Shown: positions 12,850-25,730 of the stretch, one piece after another
Layout of the letters: the number at the start of each line of letters is the position of its first letter
Position numbering within the stretch: position 1 is the stretch's first letter
Assembly: GCF_006345805.1 (NCBI RefSeq)
Contig: NC_043004.1
Coordinates: 24,986,001 to 25,050,000 of the forward strand
Origin: Octopus sinensis
Taxonomy: Eukaryota
Length of the DNA stretch: 64,000 nt
Direction: 5' to 3'
The notes under the pieces: generated by a model
What the model was told of the DNA's origin: nothing
Database searches by the model: none
The model's input: only the letters and a program-made list of their open reading frames with translations
Program-made: the position numbers and the translations under genes

Positions 12850-13265
12850 AGGCGCAGGAGTGGCTGTGTGGTAAGTAGCTTGCTAACCAACCACATGGTT
12901 CCGGGTTCAGTCCCACTGCGTGGCATCTTGGGCATGTGTCTTCTGCTATAGCCCCGGGCCGACCAAAGCCTTGTGAGTGGATGTGGTAGACGGAAACTGA
13001 AAGAAGCCCGTCGTATATATGTATATATATATATAAGTGTGTGTGTGTATGTTTGTGTGTCTGTGTTTGTCTCCCTAGCATTGCTTGACAACCGATGGTG
13101 GTGTATTTACGTCGTGTCTCTTAGCGGTTCGGCAAAAGAGACCGATGGAATAAGTACTGGGCTTACAAAGAATAAGTCCCGGGGTCGATTTGCTCGACTA
13201 AAGGCGGTGCTCCAGTATGGCCACAGTCAAATGACTGAAACAAGTAAAAGAGTAAAAGTAAAAGT
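12850..13265 (+). mobile_element. Full-length SINE B
   Basis: Head, spacer, tail ending in (gtaaaa)n. Confidence 0.9.
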
Positions 13266-13646
13266 AATATATATATATATATAGGTTATAAAATGAGATA
13301 GGGGTTGAAAATTCAACCCACCATGGGATAATATATATCCATATACTACTCTAGATAGGTACCCAACAAAATTAATACATAGATGTTAAAAATTGTCAAC
13401 AATCAGTTCATCTATTGCATTATATGGGTAAAGGTATATATTACGTAAATTAATACTACAAAATTAGAGAATGGAGAACATACTTAAATCAGTAAAACAT
13501 CAACTATCCGATGATACTCAATCCATACTTTAATACACCATTACATATGAGTAAAGGCAATATATAAAATGAAATGAGATATACAGTAATAGTAAAAAGA
13601 TAAGAGATATAAGTAAAAAATTTTCAAATATAATATGCAAATAAAT

Positions 13647-13763
13647 CAAAACTGACAGCTGTTTCGGCAGTGAGGACAGTCATACCTCATTTAACCTATA
13701 AGCCATAAAGGCAGGTATAAATGAGGCATTAACAAGGATGCCCCACGGCCTCTTCAGAGAATT
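13647..13763 (-). ncRNA. Type I hammerhead with extended stem II
   Basis: Reverse complement of 14445-14560. Confidence 0.75.
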
Positions 13764-14040
13764 AAATTAAATTTGTTATAATAGTGAAAAAATATTATAC
13801 AATCATATACATATAAATATAAAAATATAAAAATGTAAAATATAAAAACTTATACATCATAATGCTACACTTATATAATATAATACACATTTGTACAAAA
13901 AAGGAAGGTAAACAGAACAAAATAAAACAAAATATATAATAGTGTATATATTAATATTAATAAGTACCGATATTATACATAGTTATTTCGATCTTGAAAG
14001 GATGGACTTGGTGCTAACTTAACTGTATCTATTTTTATTA

Positions 14041-14106
<66 letters not shown>

Positions 14107-14444
14107 AGTAATTTTTATTAACTTTTATAGCTTTAGAATTTTATGAACTGTACCACGGATTTAATTATTATTTTTCATCTCCATATGTGTTAGCCTTTTT
14201 TTTATATAAAAAAAACTATTAGCCAAATATGTATAATATCGGTACTTATTAATATTAATATATACACTATTATATATTTTGTTTTATTTTGTTCTGTTTA
14301 CCTTCCTTTTTTGTACAAATGTGTATTATATTATATAAGTGTAGCATTATGATGTATAAGTTTTTATATTTTACATTTTTATATTTTTATATTTATATGT
14401 ATATGATTGTATAATATTTTTCACTATTATAACAAATTTAATTT

Positions 14445-14560
14445 AATTCTCTGAAGAGGCCGTGGGGCATCCTTGTTAATGCCTCATTTATACCTGCCTT
14501 TATGGCTTATAGGTTAATGAGGTATGACTGTCCTCACTGCCGAAACAGCTGTCAGTTTTG
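14445..14560 (+). ncRNA. Type I hammerhead with extended (~84-nt) stem II
   Basis: CTGAAGA ggc-cgtgggg..cctcac-t-gcc GAAA c-agct-g TC; inner helix atgcctcatt/aatgaggtat; stem I imperfect. Confidence 0.75.
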
Positions 14561-14905
14561 ATTTATTTGCATATTATATTTGAAAATTTTTTACTTATAT
14601 CTCTTTATCTTTTTACTATTACTGTATATCCATTTCATTTATATATTGCCTTTACTCATATGTAATGGTGTATTAAAGTATGGATTGAGTATCATCGGAT
14701 AGTTGATGTTTTACTGATTTAAGTATTTTCTCCATTCTCTAATTTTGTAGTATATATATATATATACAACTTATAAAAAAGGGCAAAAGAAAAAATTCTA
14801 ATGCCAAATATGCCGAAATATAGACTTATTTGTCAATAACCATATAATTTATCACTATAAGCACTATATTAAAGTATTTATATATTTAATACGAGCGATT
14901 ATATT

Positions 14906-14976
<71 letters not shown>

Positions 14977-14980
<4 letters not shown>

Positions 14981-15092
14981 GCGCCCAATGTTCAGAACGG
15001 CATTGTTTTCGCCAGAAAAGTAAGTATAAGTTTTTATCAAAGTAGTTTTATATTCTATAATTTTCACAGACAATAAATACAATATTAATTGT
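14977..15092. mobile_element. Solo partial copy of the adjacent Tc1 terminal repeat
   Basis: Similar to 15134-15252 in the same orientation. Confidence 0.85.
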
Positions 15093-15133
15093 AAAAGAGT
15101 AAAAGAGTATATATATATATATATATATATATA

Positions 15134-16735
15134 CAGCTGCGGCCAAAATGTTCAGAACGGTATTGTTTTCGTCAGAAATGTAAGTATAAGTTTTTAGCAA
15201 AGTAGTTTTATATTCTATAATTTTCACAGACAATAAATACAATATTAATTGTTATTGTCTGAGATTTTGGTGTAATTTGAGAGGATAATACAAAAGTTAT
15301 GGATGATTTAATGATTTACTGCAAAACCCATGGCGACCAAAATGATCAGAACGGTTGAAAAAATAACAAAATAATCAAAAATGACAGAGAATACTGGAAT
15401 TATTTAATATTTAGTGTGAAGCTCTTTAGCTTCAATCACACTCTGACATCTTCGACTGCATGAGGAAATTAAATTTTCAATTTCTTGCTGGGTGATCTTA
15501 TTCCATTCTTCCTGAAGGGCATTCCATAATTGCTCAGTGTTTTTGAACGTTCTCCTAGAATATTCCATACATTTTCAATAGGATTGAGATCTGGGCTTTG
15601 AGCTGGCCAATCCATAACAATAACCTTTTCAGCCTTGAGGAAGTTCATGACCACCTTAGCCTTGTGACATGGGGCATTGTCCTGCATGAATATGGGTGGT
15701 CGCTTAGTTGAATTTCTCAGCACAGGCAAGACATGATCTTTTACAAGTTGTTTATAAACTCCTGCATTTACCTCTCCATGTAATCGCACCAAAGGGTCCA
15801 CACCATCTCCAGATATCATCCCCCAAACCATGACACTTCATCCACCGAATTTAACACTAGTCTTAAGGCATTTAGGCGACAATTTTTCACCTACTTTTCT
15901 ACGAACGTACCTTTTCCCATCTGAGCCAAATAGCATAAACTTAGATTCATCACCGAAATGCACCGTTTGCCATTTTTCTTGAGACCACAACGCATGTTCA
16001 GTTACAAAGGTAAGACGACACTTTTTATTCTTAGAGCTGATCAGTGGCTTCACTGCAGGTGCTCTTGCTTGTAGGTCATGTTCAACTAAAGGACGAGACA
16101 CAGTTTTTCAAGATAAAGTTTTCTTCAATACAATGCTCATTTTCCGAGAAACAGCAGCAGCAGTTTTAAATCTGTCCTTTTTAACCAACTTTACCATAGC
16201 ACGATCTTCTCTCTTGGTCGTTTTTCTTGGCCTACCTGTAAACCTTCTTGCTTCACACAAACCACAATCATCGTAGACCTTAAGAATACCGTGTACAACA
16301 TTTTTTGACTTGTTAACAATCTTTGCAATAGATCCAATACTTAAATTATCCTTCCTTTGAAGCTTAATAATCTGCTGACGAATTGGTAACGGAGTAAGTT
16401 ACAAAGTACACTGCACATATTCTTACTAATGTTTAGTAAACGAACCGTTACGTAAACAAATTCAAAACATTAGAGTTCGCCGGTTAAATATACTAAAACA
16501 CGGAGTAAAAGCAACCGTTCTGATCATTTTGGCCGCCATGGGTTTTGCAGTAAATCACTAAATCATCCATAACTTTTGTATTATCCTCTCAAATTACACC
16601 AAAATCTCAGGCAATAACAAATAATATCGTATTTATTGTCTGTGAAAATTATAGAATATAAAACAACTTTGATAAAAAATTATATCTACTTTTCTGACGA
16701 AAACAATGCCGTTCTGAACATTTTGGCCGCCACTG
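15134..16735 (-). mobile_element. Tc1-family (DD34E) transposon, IR/DR type, transposase frameshifted
   Basis: ~220-bp TIRs (15134-15357, 16512-16735) with outer and inner ccaaaatgWtcagaacgg repeats, TA flanks; motifs VHFGDESKF, MVWG, FMQDNAPCH, WPAQSPDLNPIENVW. Confidence 0.95.
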
Positions 16736-16895
16736 TATACATATATATATATATATTTTTTTTTTTTCTAATGATATATTATTATTAATATTAGGAAATC
16801 AATATCAGAAAACTCCTCAGAAAGATATACCCATGTGAAAAATAATTGTTGTATTGTAAAAGGAGGCCTACTTTTCATCGACAACTCGTGATTGT

Positions 16896-16940
16896 CACAC
16901 GCTGATGACGGGTCAATACTCAGAAACTCGAGTCCATGTG
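16896..16940 (+). ncRNA. Type I hammerhead ribozyme motif
   Basis: cacacg CTGATGA cgggt-caat-actca GAAA c-tcga-g TC catgtg. Confidence 0.8.
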
Positions 16941-17670
16941 TATCATAGATTGAAGACGGAAGGATGGCTTTCCTTTGCAAATACTGATATGGCACAGAAA
17001 GTGTGTCAATAGCCAGCTGGAGGAGGTGTCCACCTGGGGCTACAAGCTACAGTAGCATCCACCCTTAGGTGTTAGCCACATTTAAGTGGCAAATATACTT
17101 CATGATGTGTTGCAGCTACTGTTTATACCTCGCTCAGAGATTTATTATTATTTATATATATATATATATTCTATATGTATTCGCCCTCTCTGCATTTTAC
17201 TTCTAGTCTATATGTATACACCAAGTGATTTTTGCAAGATTGCGTATACATATGTATACATGTATTTGTGTGCATATTTTCGTTTTGCATTTTATGTGTC
17301 TGTTTATGTATGTGATCTGTGTACATCTATCTGTGTATTTTGGTGTATATATGTATATTGATGGTTTAGTATGAGTATATACTGTTGTGAAAGATTTTAA
17401 TATATTTTAATTTCAATTTTTATGTATTAATTGTATTAATCGAATTATATTTTCTATATAATTAATGACAATATGTATTTTGAATCCGCTCTTCGATTTA
17501 AAGTTTTTCCTCGATTTTTATAATTTATATTGAATTCATTTATTTTGCTTATTTTGTTTATCGCTAGCCTAAGACCGTTATTTGAAAGGACAATGAAACA
17601 AACCCATTTTTAAAGGTGTATCCTTTAGCTAGTTTTGATCAAATTGTTATTTCGGTTCTATTTTAACAAA

Positions 17671-17710
17671 ACTGTCCGACGAACGGGAACGTGAAACTCC
17701 GAGTAACAGC
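17671..17710 (+). ncRNA. Minimal hammerhead motif (U4C variant)
   Basis: ctgt CCGACGA acg-ggaa-cgt GAAA ctc-c-gag TA acag. Confidence 0.7.
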
Positions 17711-17748
17711 TTTTTTGTTATATTTCTGCTGCTTTTAAGTAAAGTAAA

Positions 17749-17810
<62 letters not shown>

Positions 17811-17915
17811 AGTTAATCCAAACATGAAAACACAAAGAGAAAACACAAAACAACGCGAGGACGTGGAACAAGTATAGTATTATTGGACGCTCAGGAATAA
17901 GGAAAAAAAAGGCGG

Positions 17916-17950
17916 GTTTAACGTTTCGAGCGGAGCTCTTCGTCAGAAAC
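17916..17950 (-). ncRNA. Minimal hammerhead ribozyme motif
   Basis: gttt CTGACGA a gagc-tcc-gctc GAAA cg TT aaac; same repeat family as 56050-56235. Confidence 0.75.
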
Positions 17951-18023
17951 ATAGGAAAAGGAAAGATCCAAGGAAGGAAAGTCGGAGGAAAAAATTGCCA
18001 ACGGTACACACGCAGACAGTGAA

Positions 18024-18069
<46 letters not shown>

Positions 18070-18189
18070 GGCTCGAAAAGTAAAAGACTTGTTTTATTTA
18101 TATTCCTGAGCGCCATACTAATACATGTTTGTTTATATTCCACCTGCCTTCGTCTTTTGTTTATTTTCATAAAGCTTCCGTTATATATC

Positions 18190-18228
<39 letters not shown>

Positions 18229-18255
18229 TATATATATGAACATAATATATATATG

Positions 18256-18321
<66 letters not shown>

Positions 18322-18329
18322 TATATATT

Positions 18330-18441
<112 letters not shown>

Positions 18442-18443
18442 TA

Positions 18444-18665
18444 TGGCGGCGAGCTGGCAGAAACGTTAGCACGCCGGGCGAAATGCGTAGCCGTATTTCG
18501 TCTGTCGTTATGTTCCGAGTTCAAATTCCGCCGAGGTCGACTTTGCCTTTCATCCTTTCGGGGTCGATAAATTAAGTACCAGTTACGCACTTAATCGACT
18601 TAATCCGTTTGTCTGTCCTTGTTTGTCCCCCTCTGTGTTTAGCCCCTTGTGGGTAGTAAAGAAAT
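18444..18665 (+). mobile_element. SINE A
   Basis: tRNA-like head (agctggcagaa..gagttcaaattcc) plus central domain. Confidence 0.9.
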
Positions 18666-18722
18666 ATATACATATATACATATATATGTATATATATATA
18701 TAGACATATTTATATATTTATA

Positions 18723-18870
18723 ACAGGCTCCGTTCAGTTTCTGTCTACCAAGCCCACTCATAAGATTTTGGCTGGCCCGAAGCTATAATAGAAGACACTT
18801 GCGCAAGGCGCCATGCAGTGGGACTTAACCCAGAACCATGTGGTTGGGAAGCAAGCTTCTTATCACAGAG
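18723..18870 (-). mobile_element. SINE B 5' half
   Basis: Reverse complement of the B head. Confidence 0.8.
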
Positions 18871-18959
18871 CCTATGTATGTGAACGTGTATATTTATGTC
18901 TATCTAACTATCTATCGATCTATCTATCTATCTATCTATCTATATATTCAACAATAACA

Positions 18960-19119
18960 ACATTTAACAAAAACATCTTTAAATGATTATTCCGGAGCAT
19001 ATTCACAATCTACTTCAATTTTTGCCTAGCGTTTTATTTAAATTGGCGTTTTGTTTAAATTTTTTGTTGAATAAAATTTATTGAAAAAAACACCGCAATA
19101 ATTATGCACCAACCCAATA
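18960..19119. mobile_element. Mariner-type MITE end
   Basis: Terminal cgcaataattatgcaccaacccaata resembles mariner TIRs, followed by TA. Confidence 0.55.
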
Positions 19120-19127
19120 TATATTTA

Positions 19128-19194
<67 letters not shown>

Positions 19195-19196
19195 AT

Positions 19197-19241
<45 letters not shown>

Positions 19242-19278
19242 AGTGTGTGTGTAAATATATATAGAGAGAGATAGAGAG

Positions 19279-19309
<31 letters not shown>

Positions 19310-20637
19310 TAGAAGAAGAAGAGGAGAGAGAGATAGAAAGAGAGAGAGAGAGAAAGAGAGAGAGAGAGGGGGGAGAAAAAAGGAGAGAATAAGAGGGGAG
19401 ATAGATAAACAGATAGAAAGTAAAAGAGAAATAAAATGATAAGTATGTAGGTTAGTGAGATACATTTATGTTCACACACCCTCTCAAAAGTGAAAGGAAA
19501 ATTTCCAACGAAATACAAAAAATTCCTAAATGGAGTAATCAATTCATTAATCAATTAATTAATTAAATACTTAGTTTATCTTGTGGGTAAATCTATGCGT
19601 GTATGAGAGAAAGAGAGAGAAAGAGAAATTATGAGAAAGTAGCGAGAAAGATAATGTGGTGTCTGATGCATTTGTGTGCACGTAATATGGATATATATGT
19701 CTGACATGTATATGTACTAGCGGGGCGCCTGAATATTTCACGGATTTAATTGTATTTCAGGGTTATTTCTGAAAACTTTATCGAAAAAAACCTGAAAGCG
19801 TAGCCTGTGTTGTGTCTGTATGGAAAGATAATCGCCCATCTACTACTTATTGAAAAGTCAAAGAAATTGGAATACGATGATTACTTTAAATTTAGGAACT
19901 ACCATTTCAGAAGAAAAAAAAAAACATACCAGAGGAAACTAAAAGAATTCATTAAAAGCTTGAAATCTGTACCTGGACTGATCATACATTTATTGTATTA
20001 ATAAATCACCTTTGATTTTTTTTTGTTAAAATTCTGGCGACGAGGGTTAACTCTGGATTTACCTACCCCGTATAGAGGGTTTAGATTTGCGATACTATCC
20101 CTTTATTTCCCATCGTAGATGGGCAGATTTGCTATCTTACTATAATGGGCGTTATGTCCGTCTGTCCGTCGCTTTGTCTGTTCCATCTTCACGGCCAGAC
20201 GGCTGGACCAACGGTTACGATATCTTTCGGGATTACAAAGATGGTCGTCAGGAAGGATTTTAGCATTAAAAAATCAGAAAGTATGATTATTTCGTGGTTA
20301 TCGATTTTTTTAATTGATAAACTACGTTCGCAATTTTATTAAAAATCCGCCGACCACGAGTAACTCTGAATTGTCATCGTTTAGTTCATGGCCCCATCGT
20401 AGATATGAAGGGGGTCGCAAGGACGGTTAATAGCGAAAATAAAATGCAAAAAAGTGTGTCAATACCTAGTGTGTGTGATTATTTAGTGATTATTGAAACG
20501 TGTCAGTCTCGAGCAGTATTCGAAACGACTAATCGAAGCGGCTGTTGTTTACATCTCAGTTTTGTCAATCAAAATAACCCATGGTACCAGAACATCCACA
20601 CATTATTCGCATAGAACAGTGAGAAGTAAATCTTAGT

Positions 20638-20850
20638 TTGATATTTTTTGGCAGTCATAAAGATTCCGCTCGTGCATTCACAGCAAACAAGACACAGAGC
20701 TGGACTTTAGATCGTGTAGGTGTATTTTTACCCACTCCGATGTTTAGACAGGGCCAGTTATATGTCACTATAAGTAGAGCAACGGATTTCAGTAATTTGA
20801 AAATTAGTATTGACCAAACAGAAAATATCGTTTACAAAGGAGTTTTGTAA
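20638..20850 (+). pseudogene. Helitron RepHel / PIF1-like helicase C-terminal fragment
   Basis: AFTANKTQSWTLDRVGVFLPTPMFRQGQLYVTISRAT..TENIVYKGVL matches PIF1 motifs V-VI (TINKSQGQT..F.HGQLYVA.SR); Helitron-like 5' segment near 20134. Confidence 0.8.
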
Positions 20851-21482
20851 TCATATCAATATTATCGAAAGGAATATGATTCATAATTTAAATAAGGAAA
20901 TTTGTGAACATTGAATGTATATCTCTTTCTACCCCCTCCCACACACACCTCTCCCATCCCCCTCATAATATCTTGACCACCAACCAACACTCCTTTTTTC
21001 ACTTTCTTTCACTTCTTTTTTTCTCATTTTCTTTTCTTGTTTTCAATTTCTCTTCCTTTTTCTTTCCTTCTTCTTTTCTCACATTTTCCTTTTGACCTCT
21101 CTCCTCATTTTAACATACACATATCTCTTCTCCTCTCTCTATCCACTTAATACTACCACTACATTCTTAAATTTTCATTCACACTACAAGACCCCTTTGA
21201 ATGAGCAGCACATGGAATCTACGTCTCCTCGCTTTCCATTTGTAATGACAAAATATGAACTTCCATTGGAATTTACATACTACGGACAAGAAGCATTTCT
21301 ACCACTTTTACACACTACTTTCCTTGGATAATGGAACTGCAACTATAACATCTTTATATATTTTTATTTTCATTTCTACATTCATTCTTGTATTCCCTTC
21401 TATACACGTTATTTCCTTCCTTTTCCAAAATAACTCCTTATATTGAACTCTAATATTTCCCTCCATTTAACCATCTCACATC

Positions 21483-21530
21483 GTCTCTGCTGAAGGGATA
21501 TCCCTAATATCCCAGAAACAGCTGTAAGAC
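21483..21530 (+). ncRNA. Hammerhead motif (A6C variant)
   Basis: gtct CTGCTGA a gggata-tccctaa-tatccc a GAAA c-agct-g TA agac; related to 39417-39464. Confidence 0.65.
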
Positions 21531-22059
21531 TAACATTCATCCACTTTATAAATGTCCTGAAAATTCCATACAGCCTTGACTTTGTTGTCTCATTTCATTT
21601 AACATATACTTGCTCATACCAGACCCGCATGAGACTCCTCGTTTATATCATTATCGAACTGAAAGTTTAACTACGGTCCTTCAATAACACCTACATAGCG
21701 TTACCTGCCACCTTGGGTCTTCTGAATACCAATACCTCTCATATATATATATATATATATATTAAAAGTCAGGGTACAATATGCACCTGCTTGCTAGAAA
21801 GCAGAGTTAAAACTCTCCAAAATCACGCATCTCTCACTATATGTACGGAGAATGTAGCAAATATATTAAAAAAATACTCGTCCCATTTGTAGAACTACAA
21901 AGAGGAGAGTAGATATTCCAGTATCAGTTGATTTTGCTTTCTGTGCCAAAGACACTTAAAGTTCATCAGCTATGTAAACTATTTCAAAAAACATATTTAT
22001 TTCTCCGTGCGCCTTGCTCAACTGAAGGCCCCGCAGCTTCCAAACGAGCGTTAGAGAGC

Positions 22060-22372
22060 AAGTATAAATTCAAAATTTAATTAAGTTATCATTATCTTTA
22101 AAAACATAACGAAATAGGCAAAATATATATCAAAAGTCAGGGTGCAATAGGTACCTGTTTGCTAGAAAGACGACTTAAAACTCTCCAAAGCCACGCGTGT
22201 TTGCATATAGTGAGAAATGCGTAGCTTTGGAAAGTTTTAACTATTTTTCTAGCGAACAGTTAATATTGTATCCTGGCTTTTAATATATATTTTGCATGTT
22301 TTGCATATTTGGCTGTGTTTGCTGGCCACTTTATCATTATTTTTTAAAGATAATAACTTATTTGAATTTTGA

Positions 22373-22380
<8 letters not shown>
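22060..22380. repeat. Diverged fold-back repeat with a third (direct) copy at 21759-21846
   Basis: aaaagtcagggtgcaata..gctagaaa..ttaaaactctccaaagccacgc versus gcgtagctttggaaagttttaa..tttctagc..attgtatcctggctttt. Confidence 0.7.
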
Positions 22381-22418
<38 letters not shown>

Positions 22419-22420
22419 TA

Positions 22421-22515
22421 ATTATAATAAAGTGTTAATTGCAAAAGTTGCTCAAAACCACATACCGAAAAATGTGGCTTTGAGCAACTTGTTGCAATTA
22501 ACCCTTTATTATAAT
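22421..22515. repeat. Hairpin with ~43-bp arms
   Basis: ttaattgcaaaagttgctcaaaaccacat / atgtggctttgagcaacttgttgcaattaa. Confidence 0.85.
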
Positions 22516-22624
22516 AACATAATTCTTACCAAATATGGTCATTTCCATACCGAAAAAACTACTAGGTGAAATTTATTAATATATTTCACCATTTTAGTAT
22601 ATATATATATATATATATCTATTA

Positions 22625-22656
<32 letters not shown>

Positions 22657-23052
22657 GTATGTATACAGAGAGAGAGAGAGAAAGAGAGAGAGAGAGGGAG
22701 AGAGAGAGAAAGAGAATGACAAAAATGGCATGTATCTAAATAATAGAGAAATATACAGATATAAGAAATGCTATACAACAAAATTCATTGATTTATTAAA
22801 ACTGTCTCTGACCCTAGAGGATGTAGCTTAATTACCAAATAGCAGTTGTGACCAGATTCACTTGAGAAGTGGAGATAATTTAAAAATTCAGTGATTCTCC
22901 AAAACCATTAAGGAAAAAAAAAAACAAGTTTATTATCTGGAAGTAAGAAGACAGTCGTGGACACAAAAGGAAAATATTTTCCTTGTGTAAAGCATCTTAG
23001 TAGGGACCTCGATAAAAATCAAATGAATTCATATTTAATAATAACATATTAT

Positions 23053-23224
23053 AGTGGCTGTGTGGTAAGTAGCTTGCTTACGAACCACATGGTTCCGGGT
23101 TCAGTCCCACTGCGTGGCACTTTGGGCAAGTGTCTTCTACTATAGCTCGGACCGACCAAAGCCTTGTGAGTGGATTTGGTAGACGGAAACTCAAAGAAGC
23201 CCGTCGTATATATGTATATGTATG

Positions 23225-23258
<34 letters not shown>

Positions 23259-23285
23259 ATATTATATATGTGTGTGTGTGTGGTG

Positions 23286-23319
<34 letters not shown>

Positions 23320-23600
23320 GTGTGCGTGTATATGTGTGTGGGGTGTGTGTGTATGCGTGTGTGTGTGTGTGCGTGTGTCCGTGTTTGTCCCCCCCCCCAA
23401 CATTCGCTTGACAACCGATGCTGGTGTGTTTACGTCCCCGTAAATTAGCGGTTCGGCAAAAGAGACCGATAGAATAAGTACTAGGCTTACAAAGAATAAA
23501 TTCTGGGGTCGATTTGCTCGACTAAAGGCGGTGCTCCAGCATGGCCACAGTCAAATGACTGAAACAAGTAAAAGAGTGAAAAAAAAGGAGTAAAAGAGTA
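23053..23600 (+). mobile_element. SINE B with expanded internal TA/TG microsatellite
   Basis: Head and tail intact, ~170-bp spacer. Confidence 0.9.
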
Positions 23601-24146
23601 TATAATACTGGCGAAAACGGAAGTGCCGTAGGAAATATAATCATAAAACCTATTAAAACATATATAAGCTAAATATTTTAGCGTAGTACCCGTCAAATAT
23701 TACGTGTCTTCGGATTTTATGCCATTAATATTCTAAAATTCTAGGTATTATTTATCAAATCTTGCTCCTTTTTTGTGTGTGTGTATGTGTATGCGCGCGG
23801 GTGTGTGTGTGTGTTTGTACGTGTGCGTGAGTGCGTTTGCCTGTGTATGTATTTCAGTCACTCTTTTAGTTTTTCTCATTTATTTTTACCTTCCTTACCT
23901 TAACTGTTCGCATTGACCCTGATATACTCCGTTCTTTTTTGTTACCTTTCCTCCTTCTCTCTTCCTACCTTTTCTCTCCCTCTCTCTCCCCCTCTCTCTC
24001 TCTCTCTATCCCTGTGTCTCTCTTTATCTCTCTGCTTCTATACATATGTGTGTAACACGTTTTCTCTCAATCAAAATCTTTCTCCAACTCTTCTCATATC
24101 GCACACTCCTCACGCCAGTGCGAGCGAGCACACACGCACGCGCACA

Positions 24147-24193
<47 letters not shown>

Positions 24194-24499
24194 CACACAC
24201 ACACAAACACCCCCCCCACACGCACACGTTTCAAAATAGGTTCCAGTTCCAATCCCAGAGGATTTTTTTAGTTAAATGCATACATGCTAATAACTTGGCA
24301 TTATAAATGCTGGATAGCATTACATCTGGCTGGTGCATTTGTTTGATTGTTGTTTATTGTTGATGTTGCTGTTGTTGTCGATGTTAAGCTCCAAATCAGC
24401 TCAAATCCACTAAACATTTGATCAAAAGTAATGTAATTCCAGCTGTGACCACCCCGTTTTATTATTATTTATTTTATCAGATATAGTTAGTATAAGCGT

Positions 24500-25010
24500 A
24501 ACGTGGTTGTGTGCTTCACGGGTTTGCATCTGAGCCATGTGATCTTGGGGTTCAGCCTCATTGCGTGGCACTTTGGGCAAGTGAGTTCTACTATAGCCCC
24601 GGACCGACCACAAAACCTTGTGAATGGATTTGACAAACAGAAACTGAATGAAGCCTGCCGTGTACATACACACACACACAAACACACACACATACACACA
24701 TACGCACATATCTGTGTGCGTGTGCCTTTGTGGTGTGTTTATCTACCACCACCACCACCACCACCACACCACCACCACCACCACCACCACCACCCACCAC
24801 CACCACAACTACCACCTGACAACCGTTACTGGTTTGTTTACGTTCCCGTAAAACATTGGCGGTTCAGCAAAAAGATTTTTAAAAATCGACAGAATAAGTA
24901 CCAGGCTTTAAAATATAAGTCCTGGGGTCAATTTGTTCGGCTAAAAACTTTAAGGCAGTGTCCCAGCACGGCTGCAGTCCAATGATTGATGTAAGTAAAC
25001 AATAAAAGAT
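24500..25010 (+). mobile_element. Old diverged SINE B
   Basis: ttgcgtggcactttgggcaagt..ccttgtgaatggatttg..ggcagtgtcccagcacggctgcagtccaatgattga. Confidence 0.75.
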
Positions 25011-25132
25011 ATCTAAGATTACATTGTTCAATATATTCAATGCATTATTTTTTCTTTCTTTTCAAGGCGGGTTCTGGTTGATTTGAGAGATTAAGTTTCA
25101 TTGACTTGCCGTTGTTGTTGCTGCTTTTGTTC

Positions 25133-25204
25133 TCATTGTCTTCTCATTGTCTTCTCATTGTCTTCTCGTTGTCTTCTCGTTGTCTTCTCATTGTCTTCTC
25201 GTTG
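25133..25204. repeat. 11-bp minisatellite (ctcRttgtctt)n
   Basis: About six tandem units. Confidence 0.85.
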
Positions 25205-25369
25205 TTGTTTTGTTGTTATTTTCTTAGAATTCTATTGTAGGATCAGTAAAATCTTAGAGCTTGGTAAATGAAATATTTTGGAAATTCTTCAACACATAGG
25301 TAGGAATTAAAGGTGTTTTCCAGTTGATCATCTGACTCATAAGATGACGAAACTTTAATTCATTCTGAA

Positions 25370-25715
25370 GGTGGTTCCTAGAGGTGGCCATTAACTTTGA
25401 CCACCGAGCAGATGCCGCTGTGCATCGCAGCGATCTAACCTCTAAAGTTGCCTTGAGGACAGCCCCCAGGTACCGATGGTCAACACTATCGAATGCTTTC
25501 GATTTATCTAAATTAATGAGAGGCCCACCGAAGCCAGGTTTACACCCTACCATTTCGGTGATATATTGCATGAAGTGGAAGTTGTATATGGAATTGGTCG
25601 AGATTGCACAGGTTTGCGTCTCCCCAACCAAATTCTCGATGACAAGCGCCAACCTCTTTGCTAACACCTTGGCCAAAATCTTAAACTCTGTATTGAATAG
25701 AGTTATGGGCCTGTC
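25370..25715 (-). pseudogene. L1/Tx1-clade reverse transcriptase fragment
   Basis: RPITLFNTEFKILAKVLAKRL..VGETQTCAI..LINLDKSKAFDSVDHRYL. Confidence 0.85.
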
Positions 25716-25730
25716 CAGTCTCCCACTAAC

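Larger units (their letters stand above)
13454..14752. mobile_element. Large fold-back element: ~525-bp near-identical inverted arms, PLE pLTR-like
   Basis: 13454-13981 is the reverse complement of 14228-14752 apart from a few indels/substitutions; ~245-bp spacer with (TTA)n; hammerhead on each arm. Confidence 0.9.

Noticed and set aside
25133-25204. CRISPR-like repeat array
   Set aside because: Simple 11-bp tandem repeat without spacers, in eukaryotic DNA
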